From: an uncultured Clostridia bacterium
GTDB taxonomy: Bacteria > Bacillota > Clostridia > Christensenellales > UBA1242
Direction of reading: 5' to 3'
DNA: 64,000 bases
Assembly: GCA_944381145.1 (NCBI GenBank)
Contig: CALWJZ010000001.1
Location: 136,635-200,634 of the forward strand
Shown here: positions 11,633 to 21,427 of the stretch, piece by piece
How the letters are laid out: the number at the start of each line of letters is the position of its first letter
Position numbering within the stretch: the stretch's first letter is position 1
Translations under genes and position numbers: made by a program
Notes under the pieces: model-generated
The model's database searches: none
What the model was told of the DNA's origin: nothing
Seen by the model: only the letters and a program-made list of their open reading frames with translations

Positions 11633-11699
11633 AGTGGTATACCCCCAAAAAAATATTTTACATATTAAGTGCTGTAATTGGCACTATTGTAATAATAGA

Positions 11700-11812
11700 A
11701 TAAAAAAGTGAGTAAATAAATTTACCCACTCCTCATAAATAAATAAAAATATCTATTATTTAAACCTCGACAAAACAAAATTCGACGGGTGAGAAGTGGT
11801 CTTCTTCTTTAA
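11700..11812 (-). promoter_or_regulatory. L20 leader (ribosomal protein autoregulatory attenuator)
   Basis: AAGAAGACCACUUCUCACCCG 5' element and GAGUGGGUAAA/UUUACUCACUUUUUU terminator (11702-11732) upstream of infC-rpmI-rplT. Confidence 0.75.
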
Positions 11813-11823
11813 ACTACAAAGTA

Positions 11824-11852
11824 ATTATAGACACTTTTAATTTATTTGTCAA
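11824..11852 (-). promoter_or_regulatory. SigmaA promoter of the infC operon
   Basis: Perfect TTGACA-N17-TATAAT. Confidence 0.9.
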
Positions 11853-11870
11853 CACAATTTTTAATATTTT

Positions 11871-13073
11871 TTATTGTTCTAGCATCCAATCAATGTAAAT
11901 TCCAAAGCCTTTTGTTGCATCGTTTACAAAAACATGCGTTACAGCACCAATTAGTTTTCCGTCTTGTATTATAGGACTTCCACTCATTCCTTGAACTATT
12001 CCACCTGTTTTTTCAATCAAATCTTTATCTGTAACTCTTATAACCATGCTTTTTTCATTACAAGAAGATTGAAAATTAGTTTTAATTATTTCAATATCAT
12101 ATGTTTCTATGGTTTCTCCATCTAAACAGGATAATATTTGAGCTTTTCCAGGCTTTGCAGATAATCTTCCACCTATATCTATTGATGTTTTATCAACAAT
12201 AAAATTTTCAACATTATCTACAAAACCATAAACTCCGTATTCACAATTTTTATCAACACTACCTATTACATTTTCCCTGCTAAATGTACCTATTAATTCT
12301 CCAGCCTTTCCACTCTTGCCTTTTTTTATTCCAAGTATTTTACTTTCATATATATTGCCACCACTAACATCAATACATTCATTTGTTTCACTATCGTTAA
12401 TCGAATGTCCTAAAGATCCAAATCTTTTAGTTGTTGCATTAACGAATGTTAATGTACCAATACCTACTGCATCTTCTTTTATCCAAAGACCAAGTTTATA
12501 AGTATTCGTAATTCTATCTAAAGCAGGTTCTATAAAAATTTCCGATAATTCACCATTTCTTTTGACAGATAATTTTACTTTTTCTCCGTTACATGTTGAT
12601 AAAACTTGTGCAATATCATCTACATTGTTTACTTCAATACCATTTATATGTGTGATAATATCTCCCGTTTTCAAACCACTATTTTCAAATGGTCTTTCTA
12701 TACCATTTTTTGATAAAATATAGTTTCCACCAATTAAAATTACTCCATTAGATTGCAAAGAAAAACCAAGAGTTTCACCACCAGCAAAATATCTATCAGG
12801 TTCTAAAACATTAACTTTTAATTTCTTTATATTGAATAAATTAAATAATTTGTAATTTATTATATATTCATCAAACTCATTATCATCTGAAGCAGAAACA
12901 CTAACAACATTTGGAGATAGTAACCAACTACTTTTAAGCATGGTTTTTAACTCTTCTTGTGTTACATACATACCACTTGAAAGTTTAACCATAAAATTGT
13001 AAGGAAAAAATATTGATATTATACTGAAACTAAGTATAAGAAAAAACAATATAATTTTCCTTTTTATTTTCAT
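11871..13073 (-). CDS. spoIVB: SpoIVB peptidase (S55 with PDZ domain)
   Basis: GIGTLTF, FGSLGH, GGIVQGMSGSPIIQ, GAVTHVFVND; start at ATG 13073 from SD; downstream of recN. Confidence 0.95.
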   Translation of the reverse strand: MKIKRKIILFFLILSFSIISIFFPYNFMVKLSSGMYVTQEELKTMLKSSWLLSPNVVSVSASDDNEFDEYIINYKLFNLFNIKKLKVNVLEPDRYFAGGETLGFSLQSNGVILIGGNYILSKNGIERPFENSGLKTGDIITHINGIEVNNVDDIAQVLSTCNGEKVKLSVKRNGELSEIFIEPALDRITNTYKLGLWIKEDAVGIGTLTFVNATTKRFGSLGHSINDSETNECIDVSGGNIYESKILGIKKGKSGKAGELIGTFSRENVIGSVDKNCEYGVYGFVDNVENFIVDKTSIDIGGRLSAKPGKAQILSCLDGETIETYDIEIIKTNFQSSCNEKSMVIRVTDKDLIEKTGGIVQGMSGSPIIQDGKLIGAVTHVFVNDATKGFGIYIDWMLEQ

Positions 13074-13155
13074 AAAAAATACTCCTATCACTTACTAAGA
13101 GTATTTTATATAATAAAGCCAAAAATATACTTGTTTTTATTTGGTAAAACTTGGT

Positions 13156-14856
13156 TTATATTTGCTTTTTATATTGCAACGAATTTGCAATTATATCTTT
13201 GGCATGATTTATAGTAATCTCATTAGATGAATTACCTAACATTCTTGCGATTTCTATAATTTTTTCATCCGAATTAAGATTATGTACTGTTGTGATTGTT
13301 TTATTATTTTCTTCAAACTTTTGAATTTGATAATTTGAATCACCATAAGATGCTATTTGTGCTAAATGTGTAATACATATTACTTGATTAATTTTGGAAA
13401 TGTCACATATTTTTTGACCTACAACATTACCAATTTCACCACCTATTCCAGTATCTATTTCATCAAAAATATAAGTTTTATAATTTTGTGTATTTTGAAG
13501 AGATTTAAATGCTAACATAAATCTACTCATTTCCCCACCAGAAATAATTTTGCTTAAAGGTCTAGGTTCAATCCCAAGATTAGCACTGAACAAAAATTCA
13601 ATTTTATCAGCTCCGTCATAATTCACCGAATTTTCAATATTTTCCAATTTTAATTCATTCAAAAAACTAACTTCAAAATTAGCATTTTTCATTCCTAATT
13701 TTTTCAACTCTTCAATTAACTTAGTTCTAAATTTAGAAATTTCTGATTTTCTTATATTTCTTAACTCTACACATATTTCATAAATTTCCTTTAGAATATG
13801 TTTCTTACTTAAAGTTAATCTCTGTAATTCTTCTTCGGAATTTAATAATAAGTCTAATCTTTTATCTAATTCTTGTTTTTTGAGTAAAATATCTTCAATA
13901 GTATTTCCATATTTTCTTTCCAGATCTTTTATATCAGATAATCTGTCGTTTAAACTATCTAATTCAGCTTCTGAATAATTTATATCACTTTTGTGTGAAT
14001 TAATATTACTTAAAATATCTTCAATGTCGTACTTAATTGAATATAATCTATCTTTATCTGAATTCAAAGTTTCATCGTATTGCAAAGCGATATTAAGAGA
14101 ATTAATAGCAGACTTAACAATATCAACCAATGAAAAATCTCCATCTAAAGCATTTACAACCTGCTCTAGAGCAGTATAAATTTTTTCACTATTTTCCATA
14201 ATTTTTATTTTATTTTTTAATTGTTCTTCTTCATCAGTTTTGAGATTTGCATTAGATATTTCATCAATTTGAAATTTTAATAATTGAATATTATCTTCTC
14301 TATTTTTATCCAACCCACCTAAATTATTTATTTGAATATTTACATCATTTAACTCAAGAAGTTTAGTTTTTAATTTTTGTTTCAAATCGTACAATTTATC
14401 TTGAAAAATAGAATCTATTATTTTCAAATGATTTTCTGAATCAATCAAAATCATACTATCATTTTGACCAAAAATATCAATAATCTGATTTGAAATTTTT
14501 CTAATAATGTTTAATGTTACTAATTCACCATTTATTCTACATTCATTCTTTCCATTTATTGAAAAATATCTAGAAATAATAAGAGTACCCTCATTTTCAA
14601 CATTAACAGCAGATAAAATTTCATTCAAATCATTATTATTTATATCAACACTAAATACACCTTCTACTCTTGCAAACTCTTCTCCACTTTTTATTAAAGT
14701 TTTGTCAGCTCTAAGTCCAGAAAGAAAAAGTAATGCATCAACGATTATTGATTTACCTGCACCAGTTTCTCCAGTTAACACATTAAATCCTTCCGTAAAA
14801 TTAACAATGCATTTATCAATCAAAGCAAGATTAGTAATTTTTATTGTTTCTAACAT
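13156..14856 (-). CDS. recN: DNA repair protein RecN
   Basis: TGETGAGKS, coiled coil, ISGGEMSR, IFDEIDTGIGG, ITHLAQIA. Confidence 0.97.
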   Translation of the reverse strand: MLETIKITNLALIDKCIVNFTEGFNVLTGETGAGKSIIVDALLFLSGLRADKTLIKSGEEFARVEGVFSVDINNNDLNEILSAVNVENEGTLIISRYFSINGKNECRINGELVTLNIIRKISNQIIDIFGQNDSMILIDSENHLKIIDSIFQDKLYDLKQKLKTKLLELNDVNIQINNLGGLDKNREDNIQLLKFQIDEISNANLKTDEEEQLKNKIKIMENSEKIYTALEQVVNALDGDFSLVDIVKSAINSLNIALQYDETLNSDKDRLYSIKYDIEDILSNINSHKSDINYSEAELDSLNDRLSDIKDLERKYGNTIEDILLKKQELDKRLDLLLNSEEELQRLTLSKKHILKEIYEICVELRNIRKSEISKFRTKLIEELKKLGMKNANFEVSFLNELKLENIENSVNYDGADKIEFLFSANLGIEPRPLSKIISGGEMSRFMLAFKSLQNTQNYKTYIFDEIDTGIGGEIGNVVGQKICDISKINQVICITHLAQIASYGDSNYQIQKFEENNKTITTVHNLNSDEKIIEIARMLGNSSNEITINHAKDIIANSLQYKKQI

Positions 14857-14907
14857 AAATTATCCTAACTACAAAAAAGTATTAATTATAATTATATTAA
14901 ACTAAGT

Positions 14908-14941
14908 AAAAAAAAAATACAATTGAAAAATTGTATTTTTT
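14908..14941 (-). terminator. Intrinsic terminator between argR and recN
   Basis: AAAAAATACAATT/AATTGTATTTTTT stem with T run. Confidence 0.6.
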
Positions 14942-14946
14942 ACAAA

Positions 14947-15399
14947 TTAATTAAGCAACGAATTCAATTTATCTCTTACAAAGTATGCATCATCTTGGTC
15001 AGAAGTAATTATTAGAACTGTATCATCCCCATATGTACAACCTAATACTTGAGACATAGAAATTTGATCTATAAGTCCACTTACCATACCTGCAGTACCT
15101 TTTATAACTTTCACAATAGTTAAGTTCATTGCAGACTTGACAGAAATAACACATTCTTTGAAAATATTTAGACATTTATTAGATAGAGCTTGAGCAGTAG
15201 AACTTACCACGGCGTATTTGTATTTTTTGCTATCACTCAATATTTTAATCAATCCCAATTCTTTTATATCTCTACTAATAGTTGCCTGCGTTACATCAAA
15301 ACTAGCATCTCTTAAAGCTGAAACTAATTCTTCTTGAGTTTCAATTTCTCTTGTAGAAATTAATTCTAGTATTTTTGATTGCCTTGAATTACGAGCCAT
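14947..15399 (-). CDS. argR: Arginine repressor
   Basis: RQSKILELI, ETQEELV, TQATISRDIKELGLIK, GCTYGDDT; start ATG 15399 with GAGGTG SD. Confidence 0.95.
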   Translation of the reverse strand: MARNSRQSKILELISTREIETQEELVSALRDASFDVTQATISRDIKELGLIKILSDSKKYKYAVVSSTAQALSNKCLNIFKECVISVKSAMNLTIVKVIKGTAGMVSGLIDQISMSQVLGCTYGDDTVLIITSDQDDAYFVRDKLNSLLN

Positions 15400-15523
15400 T
15401 TTTTCCACCTCAAAATGTATTAATTTGTTATTTATTTGCTTCCACCATTACAAATAAACATTTCACAAATATATGTGATTGCAATAATTATACAACAAGT
15501 TTTATCTTTATGCAAGGGGTTTT

Positions 15524-15609
15524 TGAATATTTATTCATTTTTATTTTTATAAAAATTCATACTTATGCATAACAAAATTTCAAAATGAATAATTATGCAT
15601 TTTTATGTA
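15524..15609. promoter_or_regulatory. Cluster of ARG boxes upstream of argR
   Basis: TGAAT-N4-ATTCA (15524-15537), TTCAT-N4-ATGCA (15556-15569), TGAAT-N4-ATGCA (15586-15599), TGCAT-N4-ATGTA (15596-15609). Confidence 0.75.
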
Positions 15610-15846
15610 TAATGGCGTATTTTAGCCATTTTTTTACACTAAAATAACAAAATTGCAAACCAAAAAATACATTTATGCATATTTTTTGCATAAAAATAAA
15701 TAAACAAAACAATATTTTTAGTTTTCAAAATAACATATATACATAGCAATAATACAAATTATTAAATTAAAATAAAAAAAGCATCTAATAACATATTTTA
15801 CTTAATTCATGTAAAATACATCATAGACACTTAGACTATAAACAAA

Positions 15847-17529
15847 TTAAAAACTTTTTTTATATTGATTTATAAATTCATCAACATCAACTTCTAATTT
15901 TGACATATCTTTTCTTTTTATAAACTCAATTTTATTATTTGTAGCACCCCTACCCACAATGATTATATATGGTATTCCCAAAAGTTCAGCATCATTTAAT
16001 TTTACACCAAAACTTTCATTTCTATCATCTATCAAAACATTATCATCAATAGAATTAATTTGTTCATAAAGTTTATTGGCGACATTGATTTGTGTTTCAT
16101 CTTTATTATTTGCAATTACTATGTGAATTTTATAAGGTGCAATTATTTCTGGCCAGATAATACCTTTCTCATCACTACATTGCTCTACAATAGCACTCAA
16201 AGTTCTACTTACACCTATTCCATAGCAACCCATAATCATATATTGTGACTTACCTTTTTCATCAAGAAATTTGCAATCTAGAACTTCTGAATATTTTGTT
16301 CCTAATTCAAATATTTGTCCAACTTCAATACCTCTAACAATTTTTATTGGTTTATGACACTTTGGACACAAATCTCCAGCTATAGCTTTTTTTATATCAG
16401 CAAAATAATCTATTTGTAAATTTTCTAAATTCACATTTATATAATGATAATCTTGAATATTAGCACCAATAACAAAGTTAGTCATATTTTTTATGTCATT
16501 GTCTGCAATCACGATTGCATTTTTTAAATCTATAGCTCCAACATATCCTGCAACCGAACCAATTGATATAATTTCCTCAGGTGTAGCCATTTCAATTTTT
16601 GTAAGTTTTAAAGCATTTCTTACTTTGACTTCTTCAATTTCTCTATCGCCTCTACACAAAGCCACTACAATACCTTGATCAGTAGAATAAACAACAGCTT
16701 TTACAAAATTTTTGCTTGAAGTATTTAAAAAACTTGTTAATTCTTCTATAGTTTTTACTTCTGGGGTATGTACCATTTGTTTTTCTAATTTTACAATATC
16801 AGATGTATTAATTTCTTCAACAACACATTCAGCCTTTTCTGTATTAGCATAATATCCACATTCACAAACTACAAGTTCATCTTCACCAACATCAGCTTTA
16901 GCCATAAATTCAATTGAATTATTTCCTCCCATAACACCATTATCAGCTTCGACAGGCAAATAATCCAAACCCAATCTTGTAAAAATTTTATTATATGTAT
17001 TATACATTTTATTATAGGAAGATTTGAAATTTTCGTAACTAGTATCATACGAATATGCATCTTTCATAATAAATTCTTTTGCTCTTTGTAAACCAAATCT
17101 TGCCCTTATTTCATCTCTATATTTATTTTGAATTTGATATAATATAATTGGTAATTGTTTATAACTATTTATGCTTTCTTTAACTAAATATGTAAAAGGT
17201 TCTTCATGTGTAGGTCCCAAACAATAATCCTTGCCCGTACTATCTTTAAGTTTATACATGGTATTACCAAAAGTATCTAATCTATTAGCATATATCTCTT
17301 GTGGCAACAAAATTGGCATTTGCAATTCAATAGCTCCAGCCTTGTTCATTTCTTCACGAATAACTGCTTTTATATTTTCAAGAGTTTTTAGTCCTAATGG
17401 TAGATATGTAAAAATACCATTGCCTAATTGCTTGATATATCCTGCTCTAACAAGTAGTTTATGACTTTTTGTTTCTGCATTAGCAGGATTTTCTCTAAAT
17501 GTTTTAAAAAAAGTTTTACTAATTCTCAT
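15847..17529 (-). CDS. proS: Proline--tRNA ligase (bacterial type with INS editing domain)
   Basis: GPTHEE, KYRDEIRARFGL, MKDAYS, GIEVGQIFELGTKYS, MGCYGIGVSR. Confidence 0.97.
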   Translation of the reverse strand: MRISKTFFKTFRENPANAETKSHKLLVRAGYIKQLGNGIFTYLPLGLKTLENIKAVIREEMNKAGAIELQMPILLPQEIYANRLDTFGNTMYKLKDSTGKDYCLGPTHEEPFTYLVKESINSYKQLPIILYQIQNKYRDEIRARFGLQRAKEFIMKDAYSYDTSYENFKSSYNKMYNTYNKIFTRLGLDYLPVEADNGVMGGNNSIEFMAKADVGEDELVVCECGYYANTEKAECVVEEINTSDIVKLEKQMVHTPEVKTIEELTSFLNTSSKNFVKAVVYSTDQGIVVALCRGDREIEEVKVRNALKLTKIEMATPEEIISIGSVAGYVGAIDLKNAIVIADNDIKNMTNFVIGANIQDYHYINVNLENLQIDYFADIKKAIAGDLCPKCHKPIKIVRGIEVGQIFELGTKYSEVLDCKFLDEKGKSQYMIMGCYGIGVSRTLSAIVEQCSDEKGIIWPEIIAPYKIHIVIANNKDETQINVANKLYEQINSIDDNVLIDDRNESFGVKLNDAELLGIPYIIIVGRGATNNKIEFIKRKDMSKLEVDVDEFINQYKKSF

Positions 17530-17537
17530 ATTTTCTC

Positions 17538-17744
17538 CTAATCTAGCAATTCTTCCTTATATTTATCTAAGTCTTGTTTTATTACTGTAACTTTACCTTT
17601 AATATTATTCAATTCTTCATAGCATTGTTTTGCAAGTTCGACCCCTTGTTTATATAATTCAATGCCATCGTTTATACTTAAATTTTCATTATCCATTTGA
17701 ATTGCAATTTTTTGCAATTCATTTAATTTGCTATCAAAATCCAT
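17538..17744 (-). CDS. xseB: Exodeoxyribonuclease VII small subunit
   Basis: FDSKLNELQKI...LSINDGIELYKQGVEL; follows xseA. Confidence 0.9.
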   Translation of the reverse strand: MDFDSKLNELQKIAIQMDNENLSINDGIELYKQGVELAKQCYEELNNIKGKVTVIKQDLDKYKEELLD

Positions 17745-17748
17745 ACTT

Positions 17749-18918
17749 TCACCTAATTATTTTACAATTTATTTCTCCATCAATCATTGAAATAGTAGTA
17801 TCTAAATCTTTTAACTTTGAAATTTTACTTACAACTTTGTCATTCTGAATTATCTTTGAATAACCCATATCAGATATTTTTTTTGGATTAGTATTTTCTA
17901 ATTTTATGCTTATATTATCAACCAATTTTAATTTTAATTCCAATAAATTAATAATGTTATTTAATTTATTTGCTTGCAAATTGACAAAATTTTTAATTTT
18001 TAATAATTTGCTTGATGATATATTATCAATCTTTTCGTAATACAAGTCAATATCTTTTTGAATAAAAAGAATTTTATTATTAATTATTTTATTCAAATTC
18101 CCGATATTTTGATTTATATTATCAATCATTAAGTCTTTTCGCCAAGCAACAATTTCTGCTGCAGCTGACGGCGTAGGTGCTCTTAAATCTGCAACAAAAT
18201 CAATTATAGTAAAGTCTGTTTCATGACCAACTGCAGACACTATTGGCTTTTGTGAATTATAAGTTGCCGTAGCAACAATCTCACTATTAAAAGGTTCTAA
18301 ATCTTCAGCACTTCCACCACCTCTTGCAACAATAATTACATCTACGCTAGTATATGTTGAAAAAAATTCAATACCTTTTGCAATTTCTATATCTGCACCT
18401 ATTCCTTGAACTTTTGCTGGATATAATACTATATCTATAGTGTCATTACGCCTATGCGTTACATCAATTATATCTCTTATTACTGCTCCTGTTGGGCTTG
18501 ATACTACACCTATTCTTTTTACATATTTTGGAATGGGCTTTTTTCTTTCTGAATCAAAATATCCCAAGCTTTCGAGTTTTGCTTTTAATTTTAAGAATTT
18601 TTCATATAACAAACCTTTTCCAAAAGGCATAATAGATATTGCATTAAATGATAACTTTCCACCTTTGGCATAATAATTAATACCACCTTTTACCAATATT
18701 GTGTCACCTATTTTAGGTGATTCAAAATTTAAAGCACCAAATAGAACACATTGCAATAATCCATTTTCATCTTTTATATTAAAGTATGCTATACCACCTG
18801 AAATATTATAACTACTAACTTCTCCAAAAACACAAATATTTTGAAGCATTTCTTCTGCTTCAAAAATGTTTTTTATATAATTATTAACTTGTGATACTGT
18901 AAAATAATTATCTGACAT
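17749..18918 (-). CDS. xseA: Exodeoxyribonuclease VII large subunit
   Basis: TVSQVNNYIK, GEVS, TGAVIRDI, RGGGSAEDL, SAVGHETDFTI, DLRAPTPSAAAE. Confidence 0.96.
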   Translation of the reverse strand: MSDNYFTVSQVNNYIKNIFEAEEMLQNICVFGEVSSYNISGGIAYFNIKDENGLLQCVLFGALNFESPKIGDTILVKGGINYYAKGGKLSFNAISIMPFGKGLLYEKFLKLKAKLESLGYFDSERKKPIPKYVKRIGVVSSPTGAVIRDIIDVTHRRNDTIDIVLYPAKVQGIGADIEIAKGIEFFSTYTSVDVIIVARGGGSAEDLEPFNSEIVATATYNSQKPIVSAVGHETDFTIIDFVADLRAPTPSAAAEIVAWRKDLMIDNINQNIGNLNKIINNKILFIQKDIDLYYEKIDNISSSKLLKIKNFVNLQANKLNNIINLLELKLKLVDNISIKLENTNPKKISDMGYSKIIQNDKVVSKISKLKDLDTTISMIDGEINCKIIR

Positions 18919-19306
18919 TGTTCTTTAAAACTTTTGCAAGCACTCCATTTATAAAACTATAACTTTTGTCTGTTGAGTATTTTTTAGATAATTCACACGC
19001 TTCATTAATTATAACATTTGAAGGTGTATTTAAGTTAAATTTCAATTCATAAACTGCAAGAACTAAAATTGCAAGGTCAACTTTATAAATTCTATCTAAT
19101 TGATATCCAGAAGTATTTTTCTCAATAATTCCAAGTATATCATCATAATTAGCATTAATACCACCAATTAGCGAATTAACAAACTCCTTGTCAGTTTCAT
19201 CAAAATCAAATTCATCATTTCCAAAAAAAATGTCGGCGTCTGGCTCATGAAAAAATTTTTCAAACACCATTCTAAAAGCGTATTCTCTACTTTTTTTCCT
19301 ACTCAT
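18908..19306 (-). CDS. nusB: Transcription antitermination factor NusB
   Basis: MSRKKSREYA, DLAILVLA, VIINEA, FINGVL. Confidence 0.95.
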   Translation of the reverse strand: MSRKKSREYAFRMVFEKFFHEPDADIFFGNDEFDFDETDKEFVNSLIGGINANYDDILGIIEKNTSGYQLDRIYKVDLAILVLAVYELKFNLNTPSNVIINEACELSKKYSTDKSYSFINGVLAKVLKNNVR

Positions 19307-19355
19307 AAAAACTCCTATACAAAAGAAAGAAACCCTTGTAAATCAAGGGTTAATT

Positions 19356-19733
19356 TTAAACCAGTTCATCTTTTGGAAATTCAACACCAAGAACATGAAC
19401 ATTTATACGATTAATTTTAACATCAATCATCCCAGACAAACTATTTTTGATATTTTCTTGCACCCTATAAGCAACTTCAGTAACATTATAACCAAACCCA
19501 ACATTAATGTAAACATCAATATTCATTACATCTTTATTATATGTAACTTTCACACCTTCATAATAATTGTTACTGAACCATCTTTTTAGCATTGAACCAA
19601 AATTAGTAACTATGCTACTAACACCAGCAATTTCTTTTGTTGCAAGATTTATAACCGACAATACAATATTACTTCCATAAGTAACATTACCCTTAGCTTG
19701 TTTTTTGATATTACTTTTGTTATCGTACATCAT
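19356..19733 (-). CDS. Asp23/Gls24 family protein (YqhY-like)
   Basis: ATKEIAGV, IDVYINVGFG, VQENIK, INVHVLGV; upstream of nusB; start at 19733 from GAGG SD. Confidence 0.88.
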   Translation of the reverse strand: MMYDNKSNIKKQAKGNVTYGSNIVLSVINLATKEIAGVSSIVTNFGSMLKRWFSNNYYEGVKVTYNKDVMNIDVYINVGFGYNVTEVAYRVQENIKNSLSGMIDVKINRINVHVLGVEFPKDELV

Positions 19734-19833
19734 ATTTAATCCTCTAATAACTACTAAATTGCATTCTATATAATAATATACCATAATTATATAAATTATG
19801 CAATTAGAAAAAAGTGAATATCAAATAGTTTTT

Positions 19834-20349
19834 TTAAACTTCTGTAATTTTAATATTGTCAATTAAATAATCAGAATTACTTTTTACAACATCAACAATT
19901 TGTGCTACTTCTTGATTTGTAAGACCAGAAGTTTCAACAATAACATTAATAGTATTTGTACTTGCAGAAACTATAACATCTTCAAAACCTTTTGCTTTTA
20001 TTAAATTTTCAATATTCATGATGCTATCCATATTTTTTATTAATGCCAATCTTTCTGCTTCAGCATTTGCTTTTGCTTCAGCACTTGTTGTTTCACTAGC
20101 AATAATTGCATCTAAATATAAAATTTCTTGATTTCTTGTTTCTTGTCTATCATTTCTATAATTTGTAAAAAAATTTGCAGAAGTTTGAACATTGGCATTA
20201 GCTTCATTAGTAGCTAAATTGTTTAAATATATATTTACTCCACCAGTTACTAAAAGTAATGCACAGAAACAAGTAAGTATTATAATCTTTTTTGCTTTGC
20301 TTGACAATTTTTTATGAATTTTTTCTTTCTTTTCTTTTTTTTCTTTCAT
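19834..20349 (-). CDS. spoIIIAH: Stage III sporulation protein AH
   Basis: N-terminal TM, FFTNYRNDR, IENLIKAKGFEDVIV; last gene of spoIIIA operon. Confidence 0.9.
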   Translation of the reverse strand: MKEKKEKKEKIHKKLSSKAKKIIILTCFCALLLVTGGVNIYLNNLATNEANANVQTSANFFTNYRNDRQETRNQEILYLDAIIASETTSAEAKANAEAERLALIKNMDSIMNIENLIKAKGFEDVIVSASTNTINVIVETSGLTNQEVAQIVDVVKSNSDYLIDNIKITEV

Positions 20350-20361
20350 TTTAATTCTCCT

Positions 20362-20964
20362 TTATATTCCTTTTAATACACTAATTTTTTCTGTAGAAAT
20401 ATCTAGCAAAGTGGATATTGCGTTTAATATATCAAGTTTAATAGCTATATCATTTGCACCACTTGAAACAACAATCACCCCCTTTACTTCAGGTAGACTT
20501 TCTGACAAAATTAATGGATTTGAACTACCGTTAGTCTGAATAATAATCGGCGTAGATGAACTAGTTGTTGTAGACCCATTACTCGTATTACTTACTTTTG
20601 TATCGCTATCCAGAGCATATATTAATTCAGGACTTCCATCTACACTAACCATTACACTAACTTGTCCAGCACCTTTTATTTGTGAAAGCACTTTTTCTAA
20701 CTTCGTTTCTAATTGACTACAATAATTTACAGTAGAAATATATTCATATGCATTTGAATTTGTAGCCTGCAATTTAGATTCATTAGATTTGTTTCCAACA
20801 CCCATAAATAAGATTAAAGCAATTATGAATATTATAACAAGTATTATAATTTTAAGATTTTTATTGGAAAATAATTTTGTTAAATTAAATTTTTTTTGAT
20901 TAGTATCTTCAGCCTCTTGTTCTTCATCTATAATATCTTCAATCTTTACAATTTCTTTATCCAT
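20362..20964 (-). CDS. spoIIIAG: Stage III sporulation protein AG
   Basis: LEKVLSQIKGAGQVSVMV, PEVKGVIVVSSGA. Confidence 0.92.
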   Translation of the reverse strand: MDKEIVKIEDIIDEEQEAEDTNQKKFNLTKLFSNKNLKIIILVIIFIIALILFMGVGNKSNESKLQATNSNAYEYISTVNYCSQLETKLEKVLSQIKGAGQVSVMVSVDGSPELIYALDSDTKVSNTSNGSTTTSSSTPIIIQTNGSSNPLILSESLPEVKGVIVVSSGANDIAIKLDILNAISTLLDISTEKISVLKGI

Positions 20965-21418
20965 AGATTATAATCCTTTCGCTATCAATATTTATTGCAT
21001 TAATAATTTTTTGAAGTATAACTTCATACTTATTTGTATGCGTTAAATCATTTGTTAGAACTATATTTGTTGTATCAACATAAATATTTTCAATTTCAAA
21101 AACATTATCTTCCAAATTACTTTCTATTTCGACAGATACTCCCTCAATATTATTAGATTTTAAGATATCTTCAATTTTCAATTTGTAGTATTCATTTTTT
21201 GCATTCATAATATTATTAGTTAGTTCCGCGTCAATAATTTCATTACTATTCCGTATAGCATTGAAATCAAATTTTAATATTGGCGAAATCATCACAATAA
21301 CTGCAAAAATACCAAAAATAGTTTTGCAAAACGAATTAGTTTTACCATTAGGATAAATCAAATCAATAAGCACACTTAAAAATACTATACCAACTATACT
21401 AAGTAACCATGATGACAT
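20957..21418 (-). CDS. spoIIIAF: Stage III sporulation protein AF
   Basis: W...LIDLIYPNGK...GIFAVIVMISPI; operon position. Confidence 0.85.
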   Translation of the reverse strand: MSSWLLSIVGIVFLSVLIDLIYPNGKTNSFCKTIFGIFAVIVMISPILKFDFNAIRNSNEIIDAELTNNIMNAKNEYYKLKIEDILKSNNIEGVSVEIESNLEDNVFEIENIYVDTTNIVLTNDLTHTNKYEVILQKIINAINIDSERIIIYG

Positions 21419-21427
21419 AAAAAACCC

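Noticed and set aside
15375-15572. 65-aa plus-strand ORF in the argR upstream region
   Set aside because: No SD, overlaps the argR start and the ARG boxes, no recognisable features
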